Source: the human T2T-CHM13v2.0 reference genome, Homo sapiens. From it: a stretch of 64,000 nucleotides of DNA. Below are positions 14,046-29,545 of the stretch, one piece after another. Below the pieces are notes generated by a model. That model saw nothing but the letters and a program-made list of their open reading frames with translations, was not told the origin of the DNA and did no database searches. The translations under genes and the position numbers were made by a program. Within the stretch, counting starts at the first letter, position 1. Each line of letters opens with the position of its first letter. The stretch lies in assembly GCF_009914755.1 (NCBI RefSeq), contig NC_060932.1; one strand, 5' to 3'.

Positions 14046-15287
14046 TAGTCAATTATTTGGATTTTTTAAATGTTGAAGAATTCTTTAATTTTAGTAGTTC
14101 TCAATCTTGATACTTTCATTTTGGAGTTACACTTTAAAATTTTTAGTTTAACTCGCTTTTATATTCTCTTAAATTTTTTTTTTCGTTAAGTAACTTCTCT
14201 AAAATGGCTGTTTGTTTGACACAGCGAGTTTTTCCTCTATTTCACTGTGAATTTGGGGCAATACTTTTCTTCTGTAATGATTTGACATGTTTTATGTTTG
14301 TCCAAATATTCTAGATTAAAAACACATTGCAGTTTGCTAATAGGTATTGGGATACTTAAATTGAACAGACGAAGTGCCTTCTCAAATGAGCGTCTAGGAT
14401 GCTTATGAGAGTAAAGATGATTAAATTCTAGGAAAGATTTGATCGTTGCCAAATCTAGCATAGAGAATAACAATCATATAGGAAATTGTCTTTCCTGTTT
14501 AGGATCAGATTTGGTTTGAAAAATTACTACCAACTTTGTAAACATTAAAATAGAAGCAATAAAGATGTGAAATTTCACACAGGGGATCTACAATGTTTGG
14601 ATAATTATAAGCATATGGCTACTTTACATGAGATCTCTATTAAAAGTGTATTTACTAGGGCTCTGGGAAAACAGGGTTCTCAAATTCAGGGTTTATTTAC
14701 ATACACTGAGAATGTCACATTTACTATCAATTTATCATAATCTATTTTTACTTCAGAGCTCTAAATAGTATTAACAAAATGATAACAGTATCTGTTGTTT
14801 ATTGCTGTCTTGTCTATTAGTTAATTTACCAGGTTTTACTCATGAGAGAAAAGGAAAAGAGCAATTAACTTTCAATCAAATGTGTCAAATCCTTTCTCGA
14901 TAATTTTAAAATTTCCTATATTTTATGTTAATATTTAGGGCATATGCCTGTGTGGAGTAGTTTCAATATGTTCTACTCAAATAAAAATGATTGATGTAAC
15001 AATTGTATGTGCTTTTTTAAAATAGTACTTCGATGTGTCTGTTTCTAGGAATTAAAAAAAACCCACACATTTGTTGCCTATTTATTTAGAATTAATTAAA
15101 TAAATACTTTAAGTCTTAGAAATGGTTGAAACTTTATTTTGAAACGAGTAACTATGGGATTTAAGAGTTTGAAAAGTCAGGATAAACCCTACCTTTCTCA
15201 AAAAACCTTTCCATGACTTTTCTTCTCAAGTGCTAAGATTATGAAATATCAACAGCTGCAAGTTATAATAAGTTGATCTTAAATACA

Positions 15288-15520
15288 AAGTACAGAGATG
15301 GAAAGTAGGATAGTGGTTGCCAGGGGCTGCAGGAGGAGGAAATGGGGAATTCGTATTTAATGAGTACAAAGTTTCAATTTGGGAAGATGAAAAAGTTCTG
15401 AAGACGGACAGAACTGTTGGTTGCACAACAGGGTGAATGTACCTAAGGCACGGAACTGTACACTTTAAAAATGGTTAAGATAGTCAACTTTACATTGTAT
15501 CTATTTGACTACAATAAAAA
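15288..15520 (+). mobile_element. Old L1 (L1MB-like) 3' end
   Basis: gtggttgccagggg...gtttcaatttgggaagatgaaaaagttctg...aaaaatggttaagat...aataaaaa. Confidence 0.85.
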
Positions 15521-15853
15521 GTACACATATAATAAAAATTTTCCAAAAAAATCCACTTGCAAAATATATGCTTAAAGACAAAACTTTTTTAGACAGCTTT
15601 GTTGACAATTTTGGCTTTTTCATTTCACTGCATAGACTTTGTTAATAAGCATAACTGAGTGTGGTTTTTTGTTTATTTACAGAAATGTCAAGGGGAATGT
15701 TTTATTAGTCCTTTTGCCTCTACCTCTCCAGCTGTATCATGTGAGCCATCCTGAATTTCTCACTTTATTTTTTTCCTTAGATAAGACTGTTTCAGTAAAG
15801 ATTAGAATTTGCTAAGCTATTTTATTAAAGGACTAATATGTGAGGGAGTTTTT

Positions 15854-16009
15854 TTAAATTTTTTATTTTTTTATTATCATACTTTAAGCTCTGGGATACA
15901 TGTGCAGAACGTGCAGGGTTGTTACATAGGTATACACGTGCCATGGTGGTTTGCTGCACCTATCAACCCGTCATCTACATTAGGTATTTCTCCTAACGCT
16001 ATCCCTCCC
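15854..16009 (-). mobile_element. Severely 5'-truncated L1PA (PA7-like) with TSD
   Basis: L1 3' UTR end plus T-rich tail. TSD TGTGA(G/A)GGAG(T/A)TTTT at 15839 and 16010; the right copy is followed by AA (TTTT/AA endonuclease site). Confidence 0.9.
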
Positions 16010-18120
16010 TGTGAAGGAGATTTTAAAGCACCATATGAAAAGTTGATTCTATAAGTTCCTGGTGTGCCTATTCCAATGTTTAACAGGCCTCCAAGGAAGA
16101 AAAATTCTGAAATAGTTAAAATTTATATTTTTCCTCCTTGCCTTCTCTTTCCAGAATCATCATGTTCCCAGTGTGTCTTTCTCTTGGCTAAACGTCAATT
16201 AATGCCTAATATCTACCTCTCCAAGAGTAAATTGATTCCAGGCTTAAGCTTTCAAGAAATACATGTATTTCAATAAAATATTCTTGAATACCAAAAAAGT
16301 ATTCAGGTCAAAAATCATGATGTCTGAATGGTGGTGGTGGTGATCCAGGCACAATGACAGTCCCATATGTTTATGTGGCTGTATTCCTTTCTTGGAATCT
16401 TGCCACATTTACAGTGTACATGTTACAATCATAGCTCGCAAAGGCAGGACAGGACTATAAAAATCACATGGTCCAGCCCTTTCTTTTAGAGATGAAGAAC
16501 TATGGCTGCAGAAACTGGTAAGAGACTTACTGAGGCTTGTGTAGTTCATCAAGTTGAGAGCCCCAGCTCCCAATCATGAATCCAGGACTCTTTTTAGAAC
16601 ACCAGCACTTTTTCCTGTACTGTTCTCCAAAGAGTATCCATTTGAATGTCCTTCCTTTCCAAAAAATTTGAGGACTGTGAGGATAATTTTCATGCTTTAC
16701 ATACTTTTAGCTATTCCCCTCTGGGCTGGGTAAGCATGATGTAGAGATATTCAGGTACTTGATATTTACAGGTGTCAAATACAGGTATTTACATACTTTA
16801 AATGCTGTTAGGTATATCCCACTGGGTGAGGCACACATGACATAGTTATCAATCTATATCATCTATTTAAGTATCTGTGTCGAAATGAATTGACCTTCGC
16901 TTTCTCTTGTCCTCCTCTATCTCCTGCACAGCAAGGACAACAGGAATTATAATCCATATAGAGCAATTTGCTTACTTGAAGACTATTATGAACTCATGAC
17001 CAATTTTTCCTTTTTCTGTCTGCTTTAGGTGTTTCAACAAGACTTTATTTGTTCAACGTAATGCCCTCCCATAAAGGAACTTACACAACCTAATCTAGAC
17101 AGATTTCAGATAAAGCCATGGGTTCTTTTAATCCACTTTCGGGAATGTTCTAGTTTTGGCCTCTACACATTCTCACTGTAGAAAAAAGTCACTGAGGTGG
17201 AGGTTAGTGCATTTCTAATTATTGAGAATGCTAACATTTTAATATTAAAGAACAATCAGAGTTGCAGAAACAGTGGTGAATCCACCCATTAGCAATTTAA
17301 AGAAAATAACAAGGGACGAGTTAGGAGTTTGCCTCCTGTTATTTTCACTTCCCTGGCTCCCTGAGTCTTTCCAATTCAGCAGGGCCTCTCTCATCATTTG
17401 CTCTCTTTCTTCTCTGCTCAGAGACTGGCTCTCTTCCTCTCCACTACTGGTTTTTCTCCATCTTCCTCCCTCTTTTCATTCCCGCCTCCTCTTCTTTCTC
17501 CCAGCCTTTTCTTTTTCTCTTCCTCATTCCAGCTCTCTTCCTATCCTTTCTCCTCTAACTAGCTAACATCTGGGACTGAAGCACATTTTAAAACTTTCCA
17601 TTCACATTGACCCTAATTTAAGGACCAAATGAATTGAACTTTATATTTTCCTCTAAAAAAAAAATCCTACCAGTTAAAACTAATCTACTTTTCCTTTTAT
17701 TTAAATGTGGCCCTTGATAGATTTATTTTCCCACAGTGGCCCTGAAAGGGGAAAAAAATTTTTTTAAACCCTATCTGTCCCATAAGGATTTTATTATTTG
17801 GTATTTGTTTAAATATGGCATCAAATAAATACAGATTCCTTCCTTGTATTGGTGTGTTTTTATGGTTGGGTGTAGTGTAGCCAACACTACAATTCCCTTG
17901 CTGCATTTTTTGAAGGTTCATATGGCTGCCATGGATTCAGTTTGACCCTCTCTTAGCAGTTAGCTCATATCTTAGCAATATTAGGCAGTATGTAACTTGC
18001 CAAGACTATCACTTTAGGAGTGTAATATAAATTAATAATATCTGAAATTATAATTTTAACACTATAAGCCTCTTCCATAAACATTTTGGCTTCTATTGGC
18101 ACTCAAGGTCTTCTTTAGGT

Positions 18121-18260
18121 TTTGTTTGTTTGTTTGTTAGAGACAGGGTCTTGCTATGTTGCCCAGGCTGGTCTCAAACTCCTTGCCTTAAGTGATCTTC
18201 CTGCATCAACCTCTGGAGTAGCTGAGATTAGAGGCATGAGCCAATGCATCTACTGCGGCC
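18121..18260 (-). mobile_element. Alu monomer (FLAM-like)
   Basis: agacagggtcttgctatgttgcccaggctggtctcaaactcc with a (TTTG)n tail. Confidence 0.85.
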
Positions 18261-18834
18261 AATACATTCTAGCCCTAACTTCATCTCCCCTTACTTCTAA
18301 GCAGAGATCTGGCAATTGAGCCGCATGATGTTGTGGATCCTTCTAAATCTGCATGTGTTTTCTTGCCACCTATGTTCTGCAAACACATGTGCCTCATGTG
18401 GAAGGCTGGCCTGCCTGCCTCCTCTCCACCATCTGCACCTAACTGTAACAGACACGTTTCATGGCACCACCACCACACCCCGCCCTAGCTCCTAATGTGT
18501 CCTGCAGAATGGGCGTATGTGGATCTGAAAGATAAAGAAGAAAAATTAAACCCTTGAGTGAGTTTATCAGCTCTTCTGCCTTCCATGTTCTCCAACCACC
18601 TCTGCACATACATACATCTCTTCCTAGAGTAAGAAGCATTGGTTGGGGTTTATCCTAGTAAAGTAACAGTTCTGTAGAGCCATGTAGCACAGAACTCTCC
18701 CAAAAGAACCATAGGCAGGAAAATTTAGTGAGACTACATTTTGAGAAACTCCTAACCACTGTGACAAGAAGAATCACAGAAAGTCAGATCTTAGAAAGTC
18801 CTAAGAGATCACCCAGTATAATTGGCTCAAAATA

Positions 18835-19170
18835 GGCAGTGTCGAATAATGGTTCAAGCTGCCCAAGCACAAATCCTGCCGCTACCATTGCAGCTATACA
18901 GTCTTGGCATCTTACAGAATGTTTTCTGTTCTTAACCCCTTCTATAATGTGGGGTCAACATGCCATCTAACTCACAAGTTTGCAGTGAGGATAAAATGAA
19001 CTAATGCATGTAAAACCCTCTGAATACTGACTGTCACATAGAAACATCTTACTGTTAGTAATATTATGATTTTACAGATGAGAGGAATGATGCTCAGGGT
19101 CAGGTTCTGTGCAGAGTCTCACAGTTAGTGACAGAGCTGGGATGAAAAGCCATGTCTCCTGACTACCATT
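18835..19170. mobile_element. Two adjacent MIR fragments in opposite orientation
   Basis: + strand gtgaggataaaatgaactaatgcatgtaaa; - strand attttacagatgagag...agagctgggatgaaa. Confidence 0.55.
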
Positions 19171-19482
19171 CAACCAGGTAATAAAAGGGTGGGTGTTCAT
19201 GAACTTCATGAAGTTCACAGTGAGTTTTTGCAGGATGACTAAACAGATTTTAAAAAAGATTGGGGGTACTGATGAGAGAGCAGAGCTTACAACCGATGCC
19301 TTCTAATCACTATCCAGGCATGCTGGATTGAAAACAAATGGACAATTTCAATGTGGTGATGCAATGCCAAATGCTCTCGATTGCAGTGTTTCACAAACTG
19401 TGGGTTGTGACATAGTAGTGGGTTATGATATCAGAGTAATGAATAATGACCACAGATTTTTTTGAAGTGAAAGAATGGAATA

Positions 19483-19558
19483 GAATAAAACAGAACAGAA
19501 AGAATAGAATGGAATGGAATGGAATGGAATGGAATGGAATGGAATGGAATGGAATGGA
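19483..19558 (+). repeat. (GGAAT)n pentamer array, 9 perfect units at 19511-19555
   Basis: Seen directly. Confidence 0.95.
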
Positions 19559-19612
19559 TCAGAATACCTTGAACATAGTACAAACATTCTATTGGAAAAT
19601 TTCAGTGGTACG

Positions 19613-19619
19613 TCTCTCT

Positions 19620-19657
<38 letters not shown>
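19613..19657 (+). repeat. (CT)n(TG)n microsatellite
   Basis: Seen directly. Confidence 0.95.
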
Positions 19658-21016
19658 TGTGGGTTGTCCATAAAATTCTTACTAGAGATGTGGTTAATTT
19701 TTTTAAAAAAAATTTCTTTAGAATTGTTCTCTAACACTTTTTAGCATGGTTAGATATATAGCTAGAAAATTTGTGAGGAACAACCTTCTTAATTCCTTTG
19801 GAATAAATGGTTTCACTAATAATGGCCTTTTCTATTTATCCTCCCTGGGATACTCATCTGCTTTAGCCACGTTACATTGCAGGCAAAAGAGCCGGGACAA
19901 AGGAGTGAGGGAAAAGTGTAGCTGCAGGCAGAGGCTGCTCATTGCTACCATTTTCCAGGAAATGATTACTCTGGCTGGCTGGCCAGATCAGAGCCCTGAC
20001 CATAGCCTCCAAATTTCCACCAGGACAGGTTGCATTGGCCACATGATTGATGGCTGAAAAATATTAACAGCATCAGCTTAAATGAAAGAGGGATTAAAAG
20101 CTACAGTCAGTGTCTCTGAGGACAGAGCTCACCCAAAGAAGCCCGTTAAACAAACTGATGTTTCCTTAAAAGTTGTCTGCAAAATGTGCAAACTGACAAA
20201 ATGTTTACAGAATCCCTAGTACTCCGCCAGCTAGGTTTACCTTTGGCAAATCACTCTGATGACTCTATAATTACTACAGTCCTGTGGTTATCTTTCTTAT
20301 AAAATGGCTGGAGATGAAAGAAAACCAATAACTGAGGCCAATTAATTCAAGCTGCCATTCCCTCCCACAAAGAACTGAAGAAGATCTTCATGGCAACTGT
20401 TCAATGTGATTTTTTTTTCATTTGAGACTCTCTTTTATAAAACTAAAATACACAGACAGCAAACTTAACCTGGTTATTTCTTGTCCTCTTCTCCTGCCCC
20501 CATCGAATCACTGTTCTTGAAACTTATTGGTTTAGAAAAACTCAATCCAGACCAGTTAGCCTCAGGGTACACTAACATGCTTTTGAACCAGGCAGTTGAT
20601 AAGTTGATTTAAAAGCCTGTGGGAAAACGCTAGCAGAGTGCCTGAGAGAGTAGCATGACTCAAGGGCCAAGCATGTGTGGGTGCCGGTCAATCTTGCCAC
20701 CTCAATATTTCTTTAATCTTTCACTTTAAAGTGTCTGGAGCTTCTATCCCACGTAAGTGGGAAAACTGGTATTCTTCCTGGCCTTGGTATTTCTGGGGAT
20801 TCTTGGAGGATGATGTTTCTCCCAGTTTCCTCTTATTCCAAATTTATGCTGAATTTTCACTTTCTTCTGTCCTTCTATGACAATCTCTCCTTGCAATCTT
20901 GCCTTGAATGCAGTTGTCATTGCTTTCGCCTCTGGCTCCCCACAGTACACAAGAATGCCACCTGTGTCAGGCTGCTACTGAAGGCGGAAGCCCAGCAGAT
21001 GCCAACATTAGATGTC

Positions 21017-21320
<304 letters not shown>

Positions 21321-22452
21321 TAAGCCATTCTCATTTGGATCACCTCTGTGACCTTCTCACAAGCCATCTCCAATTCCCATCCCTCTCATCTCTGCCCAAT
21401 TTCCCTACCCCCTTCTTTCTTCACAGACTGCCCAGGACATCTCAAAATCTTGTTTCTTTATTACATAAATCAAATCAGCTTCCCGTTTCTTCCTCTATTG
21501 GTACCCAAGAGATACAAAGCCCATTGCAATGAGCCAACCAACAATAGACTCAACCATGACGGCCAGTCTCCAGTCATTATATGTAGAAGCCTATAAATAT
21601 ACTGAAATCAAAAGCTCACTTTTTCTCTGAATCAGATTAAATTCTTGGGGAAGGCACCCTTACCCTGATATGAAATATGCTGCCCAATCTTTAAAAGCAG
21701 AAACAGACCTAGTCAGATTCTCTAAAGGTTTGTTTCTAACAGTGTTTTTCCTCTTCTCACTACTATGGATATTTAATAAACTTGCTTAACTGAGAAACTG
21801 ATTTATTAAATATGTGACATTTAGAGTTTATAAAAACCAAGCATGTTGAAAGAATTTTCTGAGCAAGAAAATATGTGCTCATACTTCCAGGACTCTTCAA
21901 TGTAGCATTTGCTATTGTTGTTGTTAATAATATTTGCTATCTAGCCCAATGTGCTAGCTAGCACACTGCCAGCCCAGCCACACCTCTTATATGAAGTTAA
22001 ATGTAAGTCACATGGGTAACTTCATCATGGCTAAGGAAAAACCCCCTAAACCAACAGCTTTGGCTGAGTCTCTAAGCCTTTAGCTAAATTAGTTAAGGGT
22101 ACAATTCAACATTTGGCTGACCTGATTCCATCAAGGCAAAAAATGAGAACTGGACAAGACAACGCGCTCCAATATACATATATACTTACTTAAGCAGAGT
22201 GCCTGGATAGATGCTCCGTTTTCTCTGCATCTATTCTTGACTTGTCCTGTAGATATTTTAGAGTAAGGATTAGAAGACTTTGTTCAAACTTTATTGTCTA
22301 TTTTATTACTTGTGGTCCATAGGAGATAATCCAACAGGTAACAGCAGTTTTTCCACAATAGTTGTGTTAGGATAACATGGCATTGAAAGCCCCTAGAGGT
22401 GATACCCTAGTTTCCATATTGGCAATCTTATTCCTGAAAAATAATTGTTTCC

Positions 22453-23115
22453 CAACAGGTGCTGGAGAGGATGTGGAGAAATAGGAACACTTTTACACTG
22501 TTGGTGGGACTGTAAACTAGTTCAACCATTGTGGAAAACAGTGTGGCGATTCCTCAGGAATCTAGAACTAGAAATACCATTTGACCCAGCCATCCCATTA
22601 CTGGGTATATATCCAAAGGATTATAAATCATGCTGCTATAAAGACACATGCACACGTATGTTTACTGTGGCTCTATTCACAATAGCAAAGACTTGGAACC
22701 AACCCAAATGTCCCACAATGATAGACTGGATTAAGAAAATGTGGCACATATACACCATGGAATACTATGCAGCCATAAAAAATGATGAGTTCATGTCCTT
22801 TGCAGGGACATGGATGAAGCTGGAAACCATCATTCTCAGCAAACTATCGCAAGGACAAAAAACCAAACACTGCATGTTCACACTCATAGGTGGGAATTGA
22901 ACAATGAGAACACATGGACACAGGAAGGGGAACATCACACACCAGATCCTGTTGTGAGGTGGGGGGAGCGGGGAGGGATAGCATTTGGAGATATACCTAA
23001 TGTTAAATGACGAGTTACTGGGTGCAGCACACCAACATGGCACGTGTATACATATGTAACTAACCTGCACACTGTGCACATGTACCCTAAAACTTAAAGT
23101 ATAATAAAAAAAAAA
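22453..23115 (+). mobile_element. 5'-truncated L1PA (PA3/PA4-like): ORF2 C-terminus plus 3' UTR
   Basis: ORF 22445-22900 is the L1 ORF2p C-terminus (CWRGCGEIGTLLHCWWDC). Perfect 17-bp TSD GAAAAATAATTGTTTCC at 22436-22452 and 23116-23132. Confidence 0.96.
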
Positions 23116-23169
23116 GAAAAATAATTGTTTCCAAAGTTCATCCTCCAAATCTTAGGTGAAGTATAAATC

Positions 23170-23465
23170 TTTTTTTTTTTTTTTTGGAAAGGGTCTCACT
23201 TTGCCACCCAAGCTGGAGTGTAGTGCCACAATCATAGCTCACTGCAGCCTTGACTTCCTGGGCCCAGTCGATCCTCTCCCCTCAGCTTCCCGAGTAGCTG
23301 GGACCACAGGTGTGTGCCAACCACAGCTGGCTCATTTTTATATTTTTTGTAGAGACAGAGTCTCCCTGTGCTGTCCAGGCTGGTCTCAAACACCCGGGCT
23401 CAAGCCATCCTCCAGCCTCAGCCTCCGAAAGTGCTGGGATTACAGGATGAGCCACTGCACTGGCC
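23170..23465 (-). mobile_element. AluJ
   Basis: Poly-T, atcatagctcactgcagccttgac, diverged dimer. Confidence 0.92.
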
Positions 23466-24639
23466 TTGAAGACCTTTTTTATTGTGAGTTTTCAAAATTT
23501 TACTCATTCCAATGTTTCTGGTATGAACTGCTTCATCAGTCTGATATCCAAATAAGACCTCATCTCTTTTGAATATTCAGGTAATCATTTGAGCTCCCAC
23601 TTGTCCATTTTAACAGAATAGCCATTTTCGCTGGTTCCCTACTTTTACCTCTTTGCTACTCACTTAAATGATTCAAGAGCCTCAGAGACTTATTGAGTCT
23701 AAAGGAGCCAGTCTTTCCTCCTCCTTCCTGTGTTTTACTCTCACCCAAGGATGCTCCACCCTTGGGGTCTCTGGTGTAAAGCTTTTATGTTTGTGCTCAG
23801 GGGTTCCCAACTCTGCCCTTTCTTACAGGATGTCAGGGTCAAGACTGCCTTCCAGGCTCAAATATACACTGGGCCAGAATAAATGATACTCCCCCTTTCC
23901 TGCATGCGAGCGCTTTTCAAGGGCCTTTGGGGTCCTTTCCACACATGGACTTTCGTTGAGGCCATCTCAGCCCATCAGAAAATTTCTCATCAGAAAGGAA
24001 GGGCGGTGAGTCTTGAGTTATTTCCTTCCTAGAAAACTCCTTTACTTCTATGCCTAGTTCCCATTCACCTATGAAACTGCCAGATTTGCATATTAAGGAG
24101 TACCAGAAAAAGTATCCTTCCTTGGCCTCATACAATCCTATTGCACCTGCCACCCAAGCCAAAGAGCATGTCTACTTACATTTACATATCTGAGAATACT
24201 CTCCAAGGACTCTCCCCTGAAAAGGAAGATATGTTCCCCAGTGATAGCCCTCAAGGAGCCATATGCAAGTTCTCTTTCTGAACCAAACATAGTCATAATA
24301 AAATTTTAAAATTAAATTCTCTCTTATCACACTGCCTTTTAGACTAAACACATATTTATAAATGGATTTCCCCATTAAAGTCTTTCTTGTTGTTCTCCTT
24401 CTTTCTATAGGACCAACTAAAACCAACCTTAGACCTTTGGAGAAGAAATTCTTAATAAGGTAAATTTTGGGTTCAACTGCAAATGTTAAGATGTGTGAGA
24501 TATAATGCATGCATTCAGCACTTAATAATCATTGGTAAATTTTGACAATTTCCTCCCCAATCTATCTTCCATTTGCAGTCTGCTGTTATTTTGTTGACTC
24601 AGTGATTTTTACACCTTCTTTAGGTGACCAGACCTTCAC

Positions 24640-25657
<1,018 letters not shown>

Positions 25658-26326
25658 TCAGTAGACCTTAGGAAGAAAAAATATTTCTGATCCTCCTTTA
25701 GAGACATAAGACCTATTTGGTTCTGTGAATTTGGAAAAGGAGAGAAACCGAAATGCCTTTCTTTCAGGTCAACAGGAAAGAAGGGAATGTTAGCCCCATG
25801 TGGGCAGGAAGAATGTCTGTTCCATGCACTGCTGCACTCAGGGCCTCACAGCGCATTACACCTAGATGCTGAGTAATAAGTACCTGTTGAATGAATGACG
25901 AGGTACAGAATTATTGGAGGAGAAATGTGCCTTTAACGTTTCATATTGACTTGGTTCTCTTCCTATGTTCCACTTGCATGGTTGGCATTCCAGCCCTCAT
26001 CCTATAGCACAGAAATTCCATGTGACATGTATTTGTCTCCCGCGAGACCAAGAGCAGCCCCAGGGCAAATGACCACATCAAATTCATCCCCCAATGGGGC
26101 ACATTTGGGACACAGTGGCAAATAGCCAGTGTTTGATAAGTAATTGAATGTTGGATAAATGAATAGAGTCTGAATCATGGATTTTAAAGAATGTGTTACT
26201 TTCAAAACCATAACTGCTATCAGTGTTTCCAAGTGAATGCCCCGCTGAGACCTGTTTTTACAGCCCCATGAGACTCATTTTTGATCAGCTCAATCTATTT
26301 ACACACAATAAAGAAGCCACGGACCT

Positions 26327-26648
<322 letters not shown>

Positions 26649-27064
26649 TTAATCACATCCCCTGAGATCTTATTTGTGGTTTTCATTTGCTTAACTAGTG
26701 CTTTCTCCATAACCTGCCCTGGCTCTGGCCAGACTTAAAAAGACAATGCATTTCCAGTGGAAGGACCCCGATGGCTGCATGTCGTCCCTGTGGTGGGCCA
26801 CTTTCAAACAGAAGCTCTGGGAACAATGCCGGACCGGGGATGGTCCCAGAGCTGCTGCGGTGCTGCAGAGAATGAGCATCTGCTGCTTGGCTCTGAGATG
26901 ATTAAAATGGCAGAGACTGGGAGCCTTCTCACTGAAATTATTCAAAAGCCTGCCTCATTCTTAGTACAAGGTTCAGGGCTTCTGGTGCCCAGAATCACTA
27001 TTATTTACCTCAATGTCTAGAATAATTTGTGCTTTGGAAACCATTTAAATTAGCCTCTTGGTTA

Positions 27065-27460
<396 letters not shown>

Positions 27461-27611
27461 CTATTTTACTATTAGTGACCCTAATTCACAACAAGGAGCC
27501 TAATACTCTATGTCTGAATCAAAAAGATTAAGATTGTATTTTATTTGACGGTGTCACATCTGTCAGGTTCTTGTACCGATCACAGCAGCAGAGTCCAGAA
27601 ACCAAGCTAAT

Positions 27612-27627
27612 GGCGCCCTCTGGTGTT
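27612..27627 (-). promoter_or_regulatory. Candidate CTCF site
   Basis: Minus strand ACACCAGAGGGCGC matches CCASYAGRKGGCRS at 13/14 positions. Confidence 0.55.
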
Positions 27628-28189
27628 CAGACCACAGCATGCACCGGTTTAATCTGTTTAAAAAGATACAGTATCTAAAATACTTCCTCCTTCACCTAAG
27701 AGTGGCTCGGTTTGCAACCAACACAGCACATGAGATGGCCCAGAGGGAGTGGGTGTCACCATGGGGATCGCCCATCTCAGAATGGATGCAGGCATCTGGA
27801 TAGCGCGCATGTCCATAGTAACCACAGTGGAGCGCTCATCCGAGAATGGATCCTCTCTCCCATTTTTTTTTTCCTAAAAATTGTGACTCCCAGGCTCTGA
27901 TAGCCCAAGGAATGAAGACGGGGCCACAGGAAGTAATTCACACTGAACTTCTCACCAACGTTGGAGATGGGAACTGGAGCAGGTTTTCATTTAGAAAAGT
28001 AAAGAAATGAAAGCGTCTTTCTCCTGGTAGCCTGGAGCAATTCATACCTGTTTTATGTATTTATTGATTTATTCCTGTCTCACTTCATTTCACAAAAACT
28101 TTGAGCTCTATAAAAAATCCATAGAATACAAATAAACTCTAATGAGCAGCTATATTTTGGAAGCTGTCTAATATATGAACCATTTTCCC

Positions 28190-28500
28190 ATGTTTGAGGA
28201 ATTACCTACTGTTTGAGTGGGTGAATGGCAGGGCTGTCTCTCATAAAGATGCCTCGAAGCTCAGATACTCACTTTGCACTGCTTCCCTGGCTGTGAGAGT
28301 CTGTGCACATGCCTGGTCTTGACTAGGTGGACACTACCTCTGAGGACTCTGCACCTACAGTGTCAGGGGCCTGTGTCCAGAGGCCAGGGTAGCAGTGCCC
28401 TTCCCAGATAGTCACGGCAGTATGATTAGGCTGTGGTTCTCACTGTCCAGCCTCCATCGGCACCTTCCTATTTCCTGAGCCAAATGTTTTCTATCTTCCC
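28190..28500 (+). mobile_element. Old ERVL LTR fragment (LTR33-like)
   Basis: ctcagatactcactttgc...cttccctggctg resembles the LTR33 family as recalled. Confidence 0.35.
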
Positions 28501-28509
28501 AGAGATGAA

Positions 28510-29050
28510 TTATACTGAAGATTAATTAGAGCATGAAATAAAGGTTAGGAAAAAAATGTAAGTATGCATGCCCTTACCTTAAAGCTTACAAAGTGGGTAC
28601 ATTTGAGTTAAATATTTGACCCTGGGCTTCCTGGCAGCTGAAGTGAAAAGGGAAATATGGTTTCTTACCTTGTTCTTGAAGACAAAAATACTAGCTCCCT
28701 AAAGGAAGCAAACGTTTTACTAAGGGTTGAACTTTGAAAGGAATTTCTCACACTGGGGTTTCTCATAGTGGTTCCTGATGCTATAATAAACCATTTCCCT
28801 AATATCGATCAAACAGCAAATGATTCTTATAGTGATTTTTCACAGCATCCCTTAGTGAAAGCTAAAAGCAAAGCAAAAAACTTGTTACTCTTTGAAATGG
28901 GCAAGTTCTTATAGTTTTTCTGATGGTGCAGCATTTGGGATATTTAGAAAAAGAGGGACTTCATGCCTCTATAGATATTTTTTCTCAAAAAAGGGTTTTT
29001 ATCAGAATTGAATAGCACATAGTTTGAAGTTGTCTATGATAAAAGTCTAG
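28510..29050. mobile_element. hAT-Tip100 relic (Zaphod/MER115-like)
   Basis: gggtacatttgagttaaatatttgaccctgggcttcctggcagc...aaaaggg resembles the recalled consensus. Confidence 0.4.
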
Positions 29051-29174
29051 AGAATTCCGAATTGTTAGAAATAAAACAAGAGAATGGTAAAACTGATACC
29101 CTTTCCTGGTAAAATAATAATAATAGCAACTACATCATTGAGGTTTAGGTGCTGAATGTACAGGTTCTTTTACT

Positions 29175-29545
29175 ACATTATCGATTCACCAAATGTGCCA
29201 AGCATGGTGTATGTCGATGAATATGTACTTACAGAACTGACACTCTAGTCAGGGAACACAGTAACATCCAAGTAAACAAGTAAAAACAATTTCAAGTAGT
29301 GATAAGTGTTATGTAAACAATAAAATGGAATTAGGTGATCAAGGTGTCAAGGGATGGCCATTTTTGATGAAGTGGTCAGAAAAGACTTTTTTGAGGAGAG
29401 AACATCTGCCCTGAAGCCTGAATGATGAAATAAAAATAGCCACACAGAAGTCCAGAGGGAGATCACTCTGGGCAGAGAAAATAGCAGGTGCAAAGGCCCT
29501 GGGGTGGGAACAAACTTTATGTGTCTGAGAAGCAGAAACAAAGCT
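29175..29545 (-). mobile_element. L2 fragment
   Basis: gtggtcagaaaagac...gaggagagaacatctg...gcaaaggccctggggtggga is typical antisense L2. Confidence 0.75.

Larger units (their letters stand above)
19384..19700 (+). mobile_element. hAT-Charlie MITE (MER112-like) carrying internal (GGAAT)9 and (CT)/(TG)n expansions
   Basis: Charlie-type start cagtgtttcacaaactg...tagtgggt, followed by AATAG-rich and GT-rich segments in the order I recall for the consensus. Confidence 0.5.

Noticed and set aside
19446-19744. MEWNG-repeat and CV-repeat ORFs
   Set aside because: Translations of (GGAAT)n and (TG)n.
22445-22900. 151-aa ORF as a gene
   Set aside because: C-terminal remnant of L1 ORF2p in a 5'-truncated, promoterless copy.
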